Origin: an uncultured Clostridia bacterium
GTDB taxonomy: Bacteria; Bacillota; Clostridia; TANB77; CAG-508
Length of the DNA: 64,000 nt
Assembly (NCBI GenBank): GCA_944390535.1
Contig: CALXQV010000017.1
Coordinates: 18,450-82,449, forward strand
Direction: 5' to 3'
Below are positions 9,528 to 20,690 of this stretch, in pieces. Position numbers and translations under genes: made by a program. Under the pieces are notes generated by a model, which worked only from the letters and a program-made list of their open reading frames with translations, was not told the DNA's origin and ran no database searches. Every line of letters begins with the position of its first letter. The stretch's first letter is position 1.

Positions 9528-12500
9528 ATGAATAATAAAATGAATGAAATTTTACATGTTGGACTTGATGTTGGATCTACAACAGTCAAAATAATCGTAA
9601 TGGATTCTAATAAACATACTATATATTCAGATTATCGTAGACATTTTTCAGATGCCAAAAAAACCGTTTGTGAAGTTTTAGAAGAATTGTTAGTGAAATA
9701 CCCTTCTGCTTCTTTCACAATTGCTTTAACTGGCTCTGGAGCAATGTCTGCTGCTAAATTTTTGGGAGTCGATTTTATTCAGGAAGTGGTTTCTTGTAAA
9801 AGAGTGATTGAGAAATATTTTCCAAAAACAGATGTTGTTATCGAATTAGGCGGAGAAGATGCCAAAATTATTTATTTTGATAATTCTATCGAACAAAGAA
9901 TGAATGGTACATGTGCTGGTGGTACTGGCGCCTTTTTAGACCAAATGGCTTCTTTATTACATACAGATACTGCAGGATTAAATGAACTAGCTAAAGGATA
10001 TCAAACCATTTATCCTATTGCTTCTCGTTGTGGTGTTTTTGCAAAAACAGATATTCAACCTTTAATTAATGAAGGTGCTGCAAAAGAAGATATTGCTGCT
10101 TCTATTTTCCAAGCAGTTGTTAACCAAACGATTAGTGGACTGGCTTGCGGTAGACCAATTAGAGGAAATGTTGCCTTTTTAGGTGGTCCTTTAAGTTATC
10201 TTCCAGAATTGAGAAAACGTTTTATAGAAACATTACATCTAACAGATGATGAAATCATTATACCAGATGAAGCACATCTATTAGTTGCCAAAGGTGCTGC
10301 TTTAGATTCTTTTAACACAGAAGTCATTACACCTAATGAATTAGAGAAAAAAATAGAGAATTTTAAAAACTCTCATGATACAACAACTGAACCTCTTGAC
10401 CCATTATTTAAGGATGATGCAGAATATGAAGCATTTAAAGAAAGACACAACAAAGCAACTGTTCCATCAAAGTCATTAGAAAACTATGAAGGAGATTGTT
10501 TCTTAGGAATTGATGCAGGTTCTACAACTACAAAACTTGTATTAATTGATAAAGATGGGAACTTATTATATTCCCTATATGGTAGCAATGAAGGAAATCC
10601 ATTACAAAGTGTTATGGATATGTTAAGAAAATTATATACCGTATTACCTAAAAAAGCAGTTCTAAGATATAGTGGTGTTACAGGTTATGGAGAGAAATTA
10701 ATCCAAACAGCTTTAAATGTCGATTTAAATGAAATTGAAACCATTGCCCATTATACAGCTGCTAAAACATTTGAGCCAGATGTTACCAGTATTGTCGATA
10801 TCGGCGGGCAAGACATGAAATATATTCGTATTAAAGATGGTTCTATTGATAATATCATGTTAAATGAGGCTTGTTCTTCTGGTTGTGGTTCTTTTATAGA
10901 AACTTTTGCAAAAAGTTTAAATTTAGAAATCTCTGAATTTGTAGAAGAAGCTATCAAGTCAAGAAGACCTGTTGATTTAGGTTCAAGATGTACTGTATTT
11001 ATGAATTCAAAAATTAAACAAGCACAAAAAGAAGGCTATTCTGTTGGAGATATTTCTAGTGGATTATCTTATTCTGTTATCAAAAATGCGATTCAAAAAG
11101 TTATGAAAGTTCGAGATGTTGAAACTTTAGGAAAACACATTGTTGTTCAAGGTGGTACTTTCTATAATGATGCTGTTCTTAGAGCTTTTGAACTAATTGT
11201 TGGTAAACATGTGGTAAGACCAAATATCTCTGGATTGATGGGCGCTTACGGAATGGCTTTACTTTCAAAAGAACAATATGAAGCCAATTTAGATATGGAA
11301 TATACTTCTACAATTCTAAAAACAGGTGAATTAGATAATTTAAAAATAAAAATTACCCACACCCATTGTAATAACTGTGAAAATCATTGTAAATTAACGA
11401 TTAATAAATTTAGCAATGGACAAATTCATGTGACTGGTAATCGTTGTGAAAAAGGTGCAGGTATTGTTACAAAATCTAAAAATCTACCAAATTTAGTACA
11501 ATACAAATATGAAAGACTTTTTGACTATACCCCATTAGAAGAACAATATGCAACTAGAGGAACCATTGGAATCCCTAGAGTTTTAAACATGTATGAGGAT
11601 TATCCTTTCTGGTTTACCTTCCTTACGAGTTTAGGATTTAGGGTCATTATCTCTGAAAAAAGCACAAGAAAAACTTACGAAAAAGGTATGGAATCTATGC
11701 CTTCAGAATCTGTTTGTTATCCAGCTAAACTTTCACATGGACATATTGAAAGTCTATTAGAACAAGGCATTAAAACCATTTTTTATCCTTGTATGCCATA
11801 TTCTAGAAAAGAATATGAAAAAGCGGATAACCATTATAATTGTCCGATTGTTATTTCTTATTCTGAAGTGTTAAAAAATAATGTAGAAGGATTAAAAGAT
11901 CCTACTGTAAAATTCTTAAATCCATTTTTACCTTTTGATAAGAAAAACTTAGTAAAGAAACTATTAGAATTAGATGAATTTAAACAATATAACTTTACAA
12001 AAGAAGAATTAAATGAGGCTGCTGAAAAAGCAGAACAAGAATATCAAAAATGTAAAGAAGACATCCGTAGAAAAGGTGCTGAAACCGTAAAATACATAGA
12101 AGAAAATCATTTAAAAGGTATTGTTTTAGCAGGTCGTCCATATCATGTTGACCCAGAAATTAATCATGGTATTGATACCTTAATTACTTCATTAGGTTTA
12201 TGTGTTTTAACAGAGGATAGTATTTCTAATCAAACAGAAGTAAAAAGACCAATCCGTGTTGTTGACCAATGGGTATACCATGCTAGACTTTATGCGGCTG
12301 CTGATTTTGTAGGAAAACATGATTGTTTAGAATTAGTACAATTAAACTCTTTTGGATGTGGTGTAGATGCTGTTACAACAGACCAAGTAGAAGAAATTTT
12401 ATCTAGCTACGATAAAATGTACACGCTAATTAAAATAGATGAAGTCAATAACTTAGGTGCTGTTAGGATTCGTATCCGTTCATTACTGGCTAGTATGAAT

Positions 12501-13889
12501 AAGCGTGATAAAGAAAAAAGGGAAAATCGTTCTACTGGTGATTATGAACAACATAAAAAGATATTTACAAAAGACATGAAAAAAGATTATACCATTTTAA
12601 TTCCACAAATGGCACCAATTCATTTTGAATTATTAGAAGCTGCTGTGCAATCTAGTGGATATAAAGTAGAATTATTAAAAGAATGTACGCAAAAGACAGT
12701 TGAAACAGGATTAAAGTATGTAAATAATGATGCTTGTTATCCATCTATCTTAGTTACAGGTCAAATGATTGAGGCACTTCAATCAGGTAAATATGATTTA
12801 AATAAAACGGCTTTAATTATGTCTCAAACTGGTGGAGGATGTAGAGCAACAAATTATATAGGTTTTATTAGAAAAGCTCTAAAAGATGCAGGCTTTGAAA
12901 ATATTCCTGTTATTTCATTTAATATTGTCGGTATGGAAAAAATGCCTGGATTTAAGATAACTGTACCATTAATTGAACGTTTGCTAAAAACTGTTTTGTA
13001 TGGTGACTTATTACAAAAAATGTTAACAAAAAATAGAGCTTACGAGAAACATAAAGGGGAAACACAAAAATTATTTGATGAATGGATGGAAAAATGTAAA
13101 AAGTTACTTCAAAAATCTTCAAATAAAGAATTCAAACAAAGCATTTATGATATTGTAAATGATTTTGAAAAAATAGAGTTAGATACCACTATCGAAAAGC
13201 CTAGGGTTGGTATTGTTGGAGAAGTTCTTATTAAATATCATCCATTTGGAAATAATCATGTTGCTGATTTATTAGAAAAAGAAGGTGCAGAAGTTATTTT
13301 GCCTGATTTTATGGGATTTGCTAAGTTTATGGCTACACATAAGATTACTTTTAACAATTTATTAAATACAAATAAAACTTCTTCAAAAATCATGAAAGCT
13401 GCTATTAAATTAATCGATATCTTAGAAAAAGATATGAAAATTGCCTTAGCAAATTCTAAAAAAAGCTATTTACCACCTTGTGATATTTGGCATTTGGAAA
13501 GTAAAGTAAAAGATGTCTTATCAATAGGAAATCAAACTGGTGAAGGTTGGTTCTTAACAGCTGAAATGATTGAATACATTGAACATGATATTCCAAATAT
13601 TATTTGTGTACAACCATTTGCTTGTTTGCCAAATCACGTTGTTGGTAAAGGTGTTATTAAAACCATCCGAGAAAAATATCCTGATGCAAACATTTCCCCA
13701 GTGGATTATGACCCTGGTGCTAGTGAAACCAACCAAGCAAATAGGATTAAATTATTAATGACTGTTGCAAAGGATAATTTAAAAACAAAACAAGCTAGAA
13801 AAGAAGCAATTGAAAAAGAAAATATACCTGAAGCAGTACCACATACAGATTCAATTCAGAAAGAAAAAGAAGAAACTTCAAAAAATTAA
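9528..13889 (+). CDS. Fused 2-hydroxyacyl-CoA dehydratase activase-like protein (two BcrAD/BadFG ATPase modules plus a dehydratase-related C-terminal region)
   Basis: Two repeats of the acetate/sugar-kinase-type ATPase motif (GLDVGSTTVK and GIDAGSTTTK), a Cys-rich linker (CNNCENHC...GNRCEKG) and a long C-terminal region. This is the typical ~1400-aa clostridial architecture. Confidence 0.75.
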   Translation: MNNKMNEILHVGLDVGSTTVKIIVMDSNKHTIYSDYRRHFSDAKKTVCEVLEELLVKYPSASFTIALTGSGAMSAAKFLGVDFIQEVVSCKRVIEKYFPKTDVVIELGGEDAKIIYFDNSIEQRMNGTCAGGTGAFLDQMASLLHTDTAGLNELAKGYQTIYPIASRCGVFAKTDIQPLINEGAAKEDIAASIFQAVVNQTISGLACGRPIRGNVAFLGGPLSYLPELRKRFIETLHLTDDEIIIPDEAHLLVAKGAALDSFNTEVITPNELEKKIENFKNSHDTTTEPLDPLFKDDAEYEAFKERHNKATVPSKSLENYEGDCFLGIDAGSTTTKLVLIDKDGNLLYSLYGSNEGNPLQSVMDMLRKLYTVLPKKAVLRYSGVTGYGEKLIQTALNVDLNEIETIAHYTAAKTFEPDVTSIVDIGGQDMKYIRIKDGSIDNIMLNEACSSGCGSFIETFAKSLNLEISEFVEEAIKSRRPVDLGSRCTVFMNSKIKQAQKEGYSVGDISSGLSYSVIKNAIQKVMKVRDVETLGKHIVVQGGTFYNDAVLRAFELIVGKHVVRPNISGLMGAYGMALLSKEQYEANLDMEYTSTILKTGELDNLKIKITHTHCNNCENHCKLTINKFSNGQIHVTGNRCEKGAGIVTKSKNLPNLVQYKYERLFDYTPLEEQYATRGTIGIPRVLNMYEDYPFWFTFLTSLGFRVIISEKSTRKTYEKGMESMPSESVCYPAKLSHGHIESLLEQGIKTIFYPCMPYSRKEYEKADNHYNCPIVISYSEVLKNNVEGLKDPTVKFLNPFLPFDKKNLVKKLLELDEFKQYNFTKEELNEAAEKAEQEYQKCKEDIRRKGAETVKYIEENHLKGIVLAGRPYHVDPEINHGIDTLITSLGLCVLTEDSISNQTEVKRPIRVVDQWVYHARLYAAADFVGKHDCLELVQLNSFGCGVDAVTTDQVEEILSSYDKMYTLIKIDEVNNLGAVRIRIRSLLASMNKRDKEKRENRSTGDYEQHKKIFTKDMKKDYTILIPQMAPIHFELLEAAVQSSGYKVELLKECTQKTVETGLKYVNNDACYPSILVTGQMIEALQSGKYDLNKTALIMSQTGGGCRATNYIGFIRKALKDAGFENIPVISFNIVGMEKMPGFKITVPLIERLLKTVLYGDLLQKMLTKNRAYEKHKGETQKLFDEWMEKCKKLLQKSSNKEFKQSIYDIVNDFEKIELDTTIEKPRVGIVGEVLIKYHPFGNNHVADLLEKEGAEVILPDFMGFAKFMATHKITFNNLLNTNKTSSKIMKAAIKLIDILEKDMKIALANSKKSYLPPCDIWHLESKVKDVLSIGNQTGEGWFLTAEMIEYIEHDIPNIICVQPFACLPNHVVGKGVIKTIREKYPDANISPVDYDPGASETNQANRIKLLMTVAKDNLKTKQARKEAIEKENIPEAVPHTDSIQKEKEETSKN

Positions 13890-13934
13890 TCAGTTAAATT
13901 TGACATATTTTCTAAATTGTTGTATACTATGTAT

Positions 13935-14009
13935 AGGAAAAAATTGATAAAGTCCTTCATTGAAACTGAATAATAAAAATAGAGGAAGTTGCAGCTTCCT
14001 CTATTTTTT
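13935..14009 (+). ncRNA. Candidate antisense small RNA (putative type I antitoxin)
   Basis: A near-consensus promoter: TTGACA (13900-13905), 17 nt, TATACT (13923-13928). About 75 nt downstream is the hairpin 13979-14004 plus a T-run. Positions 13944-13960 are complementary (16 Watson-Crick pairs plus one G-U) to the start-codon region of the opposite small ORF. Confidence 0.3.
13974..14009. terminator. Bidirectional intrinsic terminator
   Basis: A 10-bp stem atagaggaag/cttcctctat flanked by an A-run and a T-run. It lies downstream of the 1453-aa gene and of the convergent small ORF. Confidence 0.7.
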
Positions 14010-14078
14010 CTCCTTATTTATGTATTGTAAAATTTCTAAAAGTATTAGGATTTTTAATATTTTGATAAAATCCTTCAT
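14001..14078 (-). CDS. Candidate 25-aa hydrophobic peptide (putative type I toxin)
   Basis: Strong Shine-Dalgarno AAAGGAGGTGA, 7 nt, then ATG. Encodes MKDFIKILKILILLEILQYINKEKK. The stop lies inside the bidirectional terminator. It is below the ORF-track size cutoff. Confidence 0.3.
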   Translation of the reverse strand: MKDFIKILKILILLEILQYINKEKK

Positions 14079-14196
14079 CAAAAACTCACCTCCTTTATGA
14101 AGGTGAATTGATTTTATAATAAATATTTACTCTATGCAATATGTTTATATATATTTACACATAAAATTTATCTTCTTTTCATTATATTACTTTGTT

Positions 14197-15054
14197 TTAT
14201 GTAATTTCTTTCATGTTATTTATTTGTTTCTTAGCAATCTCATATCCAATCTCATATAACTCTTCTATCTTATCCATATCTAATAATCCTATTTTTTCTG
14301 TGGGTATTTCTAATAAATAATCTGTTCCTTCCCATTCATAATTTGCCAATTCATTAGATAGTAAACCAATAGACCTCGATGCCACATCAATAATATTCAT
14401 GCAACACGCTTTATCAAATTTTTCTTTAAATACAACACTAATGACTTTATCTGTGCCAATTTCTTTTAATTCTTTCCATGGTGTATTTTCTCGAATTCCT
14501 CCATCTATTAAACTTGTATGATTAAATTCACAAGGTGAAAATACCACTGGATAGCTACAACTTGCCCTTACTGCCTTTCCTATATTTATATGGTTTATAA
14601 AAATTGTATTAGATAAGTATCTCTTATCATTTTGATAGGAAGTAAAGCAAGTAACTTTTCCATTATATAGATTAACTGATGGAATCACTAAAGGAAAACG
14701 AATTTCTGAAATATCTGTTATATGTTTCTCCTTGGCAATATCATTAATTAATTTTTCAATCTCTTTTCCAGAATTTAATCCATCTATCATAATTTTTTGT
14801 TTAAAAACTAATCCATACATTAATTTAATAATATTCCAAAAATCAATGTATTTTATTTTCTTACAATATTTTTTAAATATTGTATAAATTTCATCAGAAC
14901 GAAAACCCATAGCATACAAACTTGCTACAATGCTCCCTGAAGATGTCCCTGCTATACTATCTATCTTTATCTTTTCCTCTTCTAATGCTTTCAATACTCC
15001 TATATGTGCTGCTCCTTTTACGCCTCCTCCAGATAAACTTAATCCTAAATTCAT
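14197..15054 (-). CDS. Patatin-like phospholipase
   Basis: [16 protein letters not shown] oxyanion motif and a GTSSGS nucleophile elbow. I prefer the ATG at 15054 ([11 protein letters not shown]), preceded by AGGTGA. The track ORF extends to 15081. Confidence 0.85.
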   Translation of the reverse strand: MNLGLSLSGGGVKGAAHIGVLKALEEEKIKIDSIAGTSSGSIVASLYAMGFRSDEIYTIFKKYCKKIKYIDFWNIIKLMYGLVFKQKIMIDGLNSGKEIEKLINDIAKEKHITDISEIRFPLVIPSVNLYNGKVTCFTSYQNDKRYLSNTIFINHINIGKAVRASCSYPVVFSPCEFNHTSLIDGGIRENTPWKELKEIGTDKVISVVFKEKFDKACCMNIIDVASRSIGLLSNELANYEWEGTDYLLEIPTEKIGLLDMDKIEELYEIGYEIAKKQINNMKEIT

Positions 15055-15203
15055 ACAATCACCTAATATTACTATATGCACTCTCTTCTGAAAACGATAT
15101 TTATTTTTTAATATCCTATTCTTTCATAATTTTAATTTTGAAGTCTCTTATTATTGCTTACTTCTTTTTTTTATGGTATCATTTACAAGAAAGGATTATT
15201 ACT

Positions 15204-15884
15204 ATGGATAAAAATTATTATGAAATATTAGAAGTTGATAAAAATGCGTCACCTGAAATTATAGAAAAAGCCTATAAAACTTTAGCTAAAAAATATCATC
15301 CTGATTTACACGATGCTACTCATAAAAAAGAAGCGGAAGAAACATTTAAAATAATTAATGAAGCTTATGAAACTTTGTCAAATCCTGATCAAAGGTCTTT
15401 ATATGATCAAAAATTAGAAGATACAGTTATATCTCAAGATAAATATGATGAAATGTATGAACAAAATCAAGTTTTGAAAAATAAGTTAAATGATTTACAA
15501 CAACATATGTATAATGAACATAGCTCTTACAAAGAGGGAAAACAATTTGAAAAAGCTCATCAAAATAGTGCACCTAATTTTAATCAATTTTCTCAGGATG
15601 AACAATACCAAAAGAACTTAGAATATGAGCAACAAATGAACCAAGCAAAAAATCAAGCTTATTACGATGCTTATATACAAGATTTAAAGAATAGAGGCTA
15701 TAAAATACGATATAAAAAATCTTTCTCAGACTATGTGAAATCACTTATTGCTCTTATAATTGTCATTTTTATTTTATTTATTGTATTTCAGCTTCCTTTT
15801 GTAAAAAATTATTTTATTGAATTATACCATACAAATTCTGTTTTTAGAGTTATTGGAAATATTTTTATAAATCTATTTCATTAA
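15204..15884 (+). CDS. J-domain (DnaJ-like) protein with a C-terminal TM anchor
   Basis: [34 protein letters not shown] is a canonical J-domain with HPD. The 94-codon upstream extension in the track overlaps the patatin gene and looks non-coding. Confidence 0.75.
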   Translation: MDKNYYEILEVDKNASPEIIEKAYKTLAKKYHPDLHDATHKKEAEETFKIINEAYETLSNPDQRSLYDQKLEDTVISQDKYDEMYEQNQVLKNKLNDLQQHMYNEHSSYKEGKQFEKAHQNSAPNFNQFSQDEQYQKNLEYEQQMNQAKNQAYYDAYIQDLKNRGYKIRYKKSFSDYVKSLIALIIVIFILFIVFQLPFVKNYFIELYHTNSVFRVIGNIFINLFH

Positions 15885-15923
15885 AAAAGAAATATCAAGG
15901 TAATCTTATGATATTTCTTTTTT
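15885..15923. terminator. Bidirectional terminator between the J-domain gene and the ABC permease gene
   Basis: A 10-bp stem agaaatatca/tgatatttct followed by ttttt. Confidence 0.65.
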
Positions 15924-15938
15924 ATTATATTATTTTTA

Positions 15939-17594
15939 TTAAATTATATTTTTAAATAATTTATTTTTCTTAATTTGTCTTTTTACATAGATATTAACAA
16001 TTAGTAATAAAACTGTAAAAATAATTAATGTGATAAATATTCCCATGTATAAATTTACATTCTCAAAAATATTATATATATACATTAAAAGCAATACAAC
16101 AATAATTGTCCACACATATTGAAATATTTTATTTCCATTTTGTTTTATTACTTCCATCTCTGAATTCCAATTTAAAATTGGTCGTTTTACATCAACTATC
16201 AGCATAATACAACTATTTAAAATTCCTAAAACAATACATATTGGCAACATAATAATGATATCTATCCATGTAATAGAAACGAAAATAATTTTAATTGCTG
16301 TTAATAAAACAATAGAAAGTACACTATTTACAACATACTGTGGTATATTTTTTAATATAAATTGTTTGTACATATCAACAGGTATATATTTCATAAAAGT
16401 TGCATTTTTACCTTGCCTTGAAATAGCAGTAATAGAAATATTGCTAAACGAAAATAAGATTTGTGCAATTCCTGCGGTTAATCCTACTCCCTCTAAAGTT
16501 AATTGTAAGTCTGCTATTAAATTATATAATTCTTGATTGCTTGTCATTGCATTAATTCTAAAGGATATTGCAAATGTAATTAAAGTGATTATTGTTATAC
16601 ATATAGGGTAAATCATTTGCATAAAAAATGTTGTGTTACCAAATAAATTTTTAAATTCATTTTTCATATATGCCTTTGATATTTTCTGTGATTTACATGT
16701 TTTATATAAATTTACCTTTGTTTTTATTTTTTTCTTATAATATTCCATTGCTTTTAATATATTTTTTATGTAGACTTTATTCCCTATAAATAGTAATATT
16801 GCATACATAATTGCATAAATCCCTACTATTTTCAACATATTTACCAATACATATTTTTGCTCTAATATGTTTATTAATGGATTTATAACAATCATACTAT
16901 TATTAATATTTTTAAATATGTTGACAAGACTTAGTCCTACTTGTTCATAATTCATATTATTAGATAAAAGACCTTTTATAAAAACTATTTCAAATACAAC
17001 AATTATTCCAATAAAAAATATCGTACTGATTAATTGAAGTCTATTTTTATTTTTTATTTTTTTTATAAAATTCATAATAATTAAAAACACGATACTAATT
17101 AATAGTACTGGTAAAATAGGTAATAATAATATTATTGGTATAATGAAAAGGTAATATGCATAATTGGCCATTGTAGAAATTCCATACAATATTAATGGTA
17201 TTAATAAAAATATGGCTTCTGTTAAATATAATATGTTTGTCATTGTTTGAACTCTTGATAACAATAATTCTTTTGTTTTTATAGGGAAAATCAAAAAATA
17301 TTCTAAATCTTTAGAAAAATACAAAATATTCATACAAGCAATAATTGTTTGCATAAACATAATCATCATAACTATTGCAAATATTACATCTAGAAATATA
17401 TGCATCTGTCCATAATCATCTAAAAAATTTAATACTTCATTACTTAAGTATGTAATTGCTATAATAACAACTAGAAATAACCATACATATATGGATTTCT
17501 TATTAATCCTTTTTTTCTTTTTATCTACTATTTTAAATGTTTCTAAAAAATTTCTAGTAGATATTTTTGTTAGTAACATTATATTTTTAATCAT
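15939..17594 (-). CDS. ABC exporter permease, large polytopic membrane protein
   Basis: 551 aa, highly hydrophobic with many TM segments. Its start overlaps the stop region of the upstream ABC ATPase gene. Confidence 0.55.
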   Translation of the reverse strand: MIKNIMLLTKISTRNFLETFKIVDKKKKRINKKSIYVWLFLVVIIAITYLSNEVLNFLDDYGQMHIFLDVIFAIVMMIMFMQTIIACMNILYFSKDLEYFLIFPIKTKELLLSRVQTMTNILYLTEAIFLLIPLILYGISTMANYAYYLFIIPIILLLPILPVLLISIVFLIIMNFIKKIKNKNRLQLISTIFFIGIIVVFEIVFIKGLLSNNMNYEQVGLSLVNIFKNINNSMIVINPLINILEQKYVLVNMLKIVGIYAIMYAILLFIGNKVYIKNILKAMEYYKKKIKTKVNLYKTCKSQKISKAYMKNEFKNLFGNTTFFMQMIYPICITIITLITFAISFRINAMTSNQELYNLIADLQLTLEGVGLTAGIAQILFSFSNISITAISRQGKNATFMKYIPVDMYKQFILKNIPQYVVNSVLSIVLLTAIKIIFVSITWIDIIIMLPICIVLGILNSCIMLIVDVKRPILNWNSEMEVIKQNGNKIFQYVWTIIVVLLLMYIYNIFENVNLYMGIFITLIIFTVLLLIVNIYVKRQIKKNKLFKNII

Positions 17595-18315
17595 TTTCTA
17601 TTATCTCCATAAACAATTCTTCTAAAGAATTATTTTCTTCTTTCATTTTATTTTTTAATTCACTAACTCTTCCTAGAAATAAAATTTTTCCCTTATTGAT
17701 AATGGCTACTCTATCACATAAATTTTCTGCTACTTCTAATATATGTGTAGAGAAAAATACAACATTTCCTTGTTTTGCATGTTCTTTCATCATAATTTTC
17801 AAGTCATAAATTGCTTTTGGATCTAACCCTGTAATAGGCTCATCTAATATCCAATTTTTAGGGTTATGCAATAATACTCCAATAATTACAATTTTTTGCC
17901 TCATTCCATGGGAATAACTTTCTATTTTTTCATTTAATGCATCTTCTATTTCAAATTTTTTAGCTAGCTCTTTAATTTTTTGTATCCTATCATTTTCGCT
18001 AACTTGATAAATGTCTGCTATAAAGTTCAAGTATTCAATTCCTTTCAAATTTAAGAACATATCTGGATTGTCTGGTGTAAGTCCTATATTTTTTTTAGCT
18101 TCATATGGTTCACTTTTTATACTTTTTCCATCTATTAAAATATCTCCTTGATCAATTTCTAAAATACCTGTCATCATTTTTATAACAGTTGTCTTTCCTG
18201 CACCATTTGGTCCTATAAATCCTAATATTTCTCCATCCTTTATTTCAAGATTTAAATTATCTATTATTTTTGCTCCTTTAATATAGGATTTTGATATGCT
18301 TTTTATTTCTATCAT
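17587..18315 (-). CDS. ABC transporter ATP-binding protein
   Basis: Walker A GPNGAGKTT, signature SHGMRQK and Walker B ILDEP. I prefer the ATG at 18315 (MIEIKSISK), preceded by GAAGGTGA. The track start is 18354. Confidence 0.85.
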   Translation of the reverse strand: MIEIKSISKSYIKGAKIIDNLNLEIKDGEILGFIGPNGAGKTTVIKMMTGILEIDQGDILIDGKSIKSEPYEAKKNIGLTPDNPDMFLNLKGIEYLNFIADIYQVSENDRIQKIKELAKKFEIEDALNEKIESYSHGMRQKIVIIGVLLHNPKNWILDEPITGLDPKAIYDLKIMMKEHAKQGNVVFFSTHILEVAENLCDRVAIINKGKILFLGRVSELKNKMKEENNSLEELFMEIIEND

Positions 18316-18398
18316 ACAATTCACCTTCTTATATTTATAAGGAGAGAATATCATATTCTCTCCTTTTTATCAATATATATTAAATTTTTATTTTAAAG

Positions 18399-19346
18399 TT
18401 ATAATTCTATTCTAAATGAATCGATATTTGGTTTTATATTTTCTTGATAATTTAAATTCATTCTTGCAAAGCCAAGATTTGTAACATGCTTTTCAGAACT
18501 ATATCTGCTATAATACTTAATTTGAATTTGTTTTGTTTCTCTTGGACTTACGATTAAATCTACATCTGTTAATTCATGCGTATATGCACCATATTGATTT
18601 CCATTATCATCTTCTATATACATTCCTTTTATATTTTGTCCATCATCTAATTTTACAGTACTATTGGAATTATTTTGTACTTTTATTGTATAAATTTCAT
18701 AATCCATGTATGTGTCCTTTTCTAATACTTCCATATAAATTTCATTTTTCTCATGTGATTTATTTAATTCTTTTCTTCCAATATAATTATTAATATTTAA
18801 TTTATATGTATCATCTTCTTGCTGTTCAATTGTTATATAATCTTGTTTTGTATTCTCCGTCGAATATTTTCCACTTGACAAGAAATCTTCATTATAATTT
18901 ACTTTATATATATTACTTATCCAGTTTTCAACAACAACATTTCTTTGAGTATTTAAAAATATCTCATTATAGTATGTTTCTTCAAAAATTCTTTGTTCTC
19001 TATAAATTTCATCTTTACACTCATCAGTTAGCATATGGTATGCTTCTTCAACTTTCCCATTATTACAATATTCTACAAACATGTCAATCACTTCTATTTG
19101 TGATAATTGGTTATTTGAAAGCGATTCTCCTGTAAGTGTTGAATATTCTTCTCCTACTGAAACTGTATTATATTCTTTCAAATTATTTGTGACTTGAATT
19201 TGATTGGCTGCCTCTAATTCTTTTTCATTGTTCCTTTTGACCCAATAATTTAATAATTGTATAATTAGAATGATTAATGCAACAATTCCAATTCCTTTCC
19301 ATATAGTTTTTCTATTTTGATTATACCATCTAACAAATTTGTTCAT
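18399..19346 (-). CDS. Membrane-anchored hypothetical protein (possible T4SS accessory or VirB8-like role, unproven)
   Basis: 315 aa with one N-terminal TM helix and a beta-rich C-terminal domain. It is the last gene downstream of the hydrolase in the same orientation. Confidence 0.45.
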   Translation of the reverse strand: MNKFVRWYNQNRKTIWKGIGIVALIILIIQLLNYWVKRNNEKELEAANQIQVTNNLKEYNTVSVGEEYSTLTGESLSNNQLSQIEVIDMFVEYCNNGKVEEAYHMLTDECKDEIYREQRIFEETYYNEIFLNTQRNVVVENWISNIYKVNYNEDFLSSGKYSTENTKQDYITIEQQEDDTYKLNINNYIGRKELNKSHEKNEIYMEVLEKDTYMDYEIYTIKVQNNSNSTVKLDDGQNIKGMYIEDDNGNQYGAYTHELTDVDLIVSPRETKQIQIKYYSRYSSEKHVTNLGFARMNLNYQENIKPNIDSFRIEL

Positions 19347-19358
19347 AAATTCCTCCTA

Positions 19359-20672
19359 TTATTCCATGCTAAATGACATTCTAAAATCTGTTCCTTCTTG
19401 TAATTGCATAATAATTGTTAATTTTTTACTTTCCTCTGTTTCGTTTTCTTTATTTTTCATCTCAATTTCATATATGCATAAGCCTCCACTTTCTGTATAT
19501 TTTTTATATTCCAATTCATTGTAATTAAAAAATAGATTTTCTATAGATTTTTGAAATTCATCTAAACTTCCATAATTATTACTCTTAAAAGTATTATCTA
19601 ATTTATTATACACATATCGATAGTCCTTATCATTTATTGCATTAATTACCTTTTCTATGTTCATTCCCGTTTTTTCCTGTTTATCTGCTTTATTATATTT
19701 ATTCATAAACTCATCTAAATCCATTGTATATGTATCTAATATAATTTTAAAATTCATAATTCCATCTTCTTTAAAGACATAATATTTTCCCTTTGTATCA
19801 AGAACAACATATTGTACATAATTATCGAGATTTGTTATCTGATATTTATCAAGCGTTAGTGTTTCTAATTCTTCCATATGTGTATTTATGTATCCATAAA
19901 ATTCTTCTTTATTATTAAATTTTGCATTTCGATAATTTGTTTCAATCAACTCATATGCTATTTCAGGATAATAAATTGCCATGTTTTTATAGTACATCAT
20001 GTAATTTTTCAACAAAATGCTGTAATTCATTGTTGTAATTACAAATTCATTATCTTCATTTCTATTAATTCTACTCAAATTATCAAGAGATAAATCTATT
20101 TGTTCTATTTCAAAATCTTCTTCTTCAATTGGTATAATAGCATATGTATTATTTGTATTATAGACAATAATATTAAAATATTGTTTCCCTATATATTCTT
20201 TCGTATCTGGTTTTGTTAATATTCCTTCAACAGCATAGTTGGAGAATTGTTCTCCAACTATGCTGTTCATTTTAACAGCTGTAAATTGAACTTGTTCCTC
20301 AAGTATATCTATCTTGTCTAATATATTCTGTTCTGTTATTCCCTTTCTTTCTTTATATTTTTCATCTAAAGTGTGAAACAAATTACTTTTTATATCATTT
20401 ATCATTTCTTCATCGTATGTTTCATGGTTTATATATAAATTATTATAATATTTTTCTATACAAAACGAAACCGAATAAAAAATATTTGCATCTGTTACTT
20501 TCTGTGACTGATACACATAAGAGTCTCCTTCAAAACTGCTTGTATCTACTTTAGAAATATTGTTTTCTTCATCTTTGCTATTATTTATTCTCAATAAAAT
20601 TAATGATATAATCGCTATTAATATAAATACTGTACAAATACTTAATATAATAATCATTTTTTTAGACTTCAT
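19359..20672 (-). CDS. Membrane-anchored hypothetical protein in the T4SS cluster
   Basis: 437 aa with an N-terminal TM helix, lying 19 nt downstream of the hydrolase stop codon. No family recognised. Confidence 0.45.
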   Translation of the reverse strand: MKSKKMIIILSICTVFILIAIISLILLRINNSKDEENNISKVDTSSFEGDSYVYQSQKVTDANIFYSVSFCIEKYYNNLYINHETYDEEMINDIKSNLFHTLDEKYKERKGITEQNILDKIDILEEQVQFTAVKMNSIVGEQFSNYAVEGILTKPDTKEYIGKQYFNIIVYNTNNTYAIIPIEEEDFEIEQIDLSLDNLSRINRNEDNEFVITTMNYSILLKNYMMYYKNMAIYYPEIAYELIETNYRNAKFNNKEEFYGYINTHMEELETLTLDKYQITNLDNYVQYVVLDTKGKYYVFKEDGIMNFKIILDTYTMDLDEFMNKYNKADKQEKTGMNIEKVINAINDKDYRYVYNKLDNTFKSNNYGSLDEFQKSIENLFFNYNELEYKKYTESGGLCIYEIEMKNKENETEESKKLTIIMQLQEGTDFRMSFSME

Positions 20673-20690
20673 TAATTTTTTAACCCCTCT

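Noticed and set aside
14922-15203. The 94-codon N-terminal extension of the J-domain ORF given in the track.
   Set aside because: The extension overlaps the patatin gene on the opposite strand and is Leu/Ile/Ser-rich with no Shine-Dalgarno. The J-domain starts exactly at the ATG at 15204.
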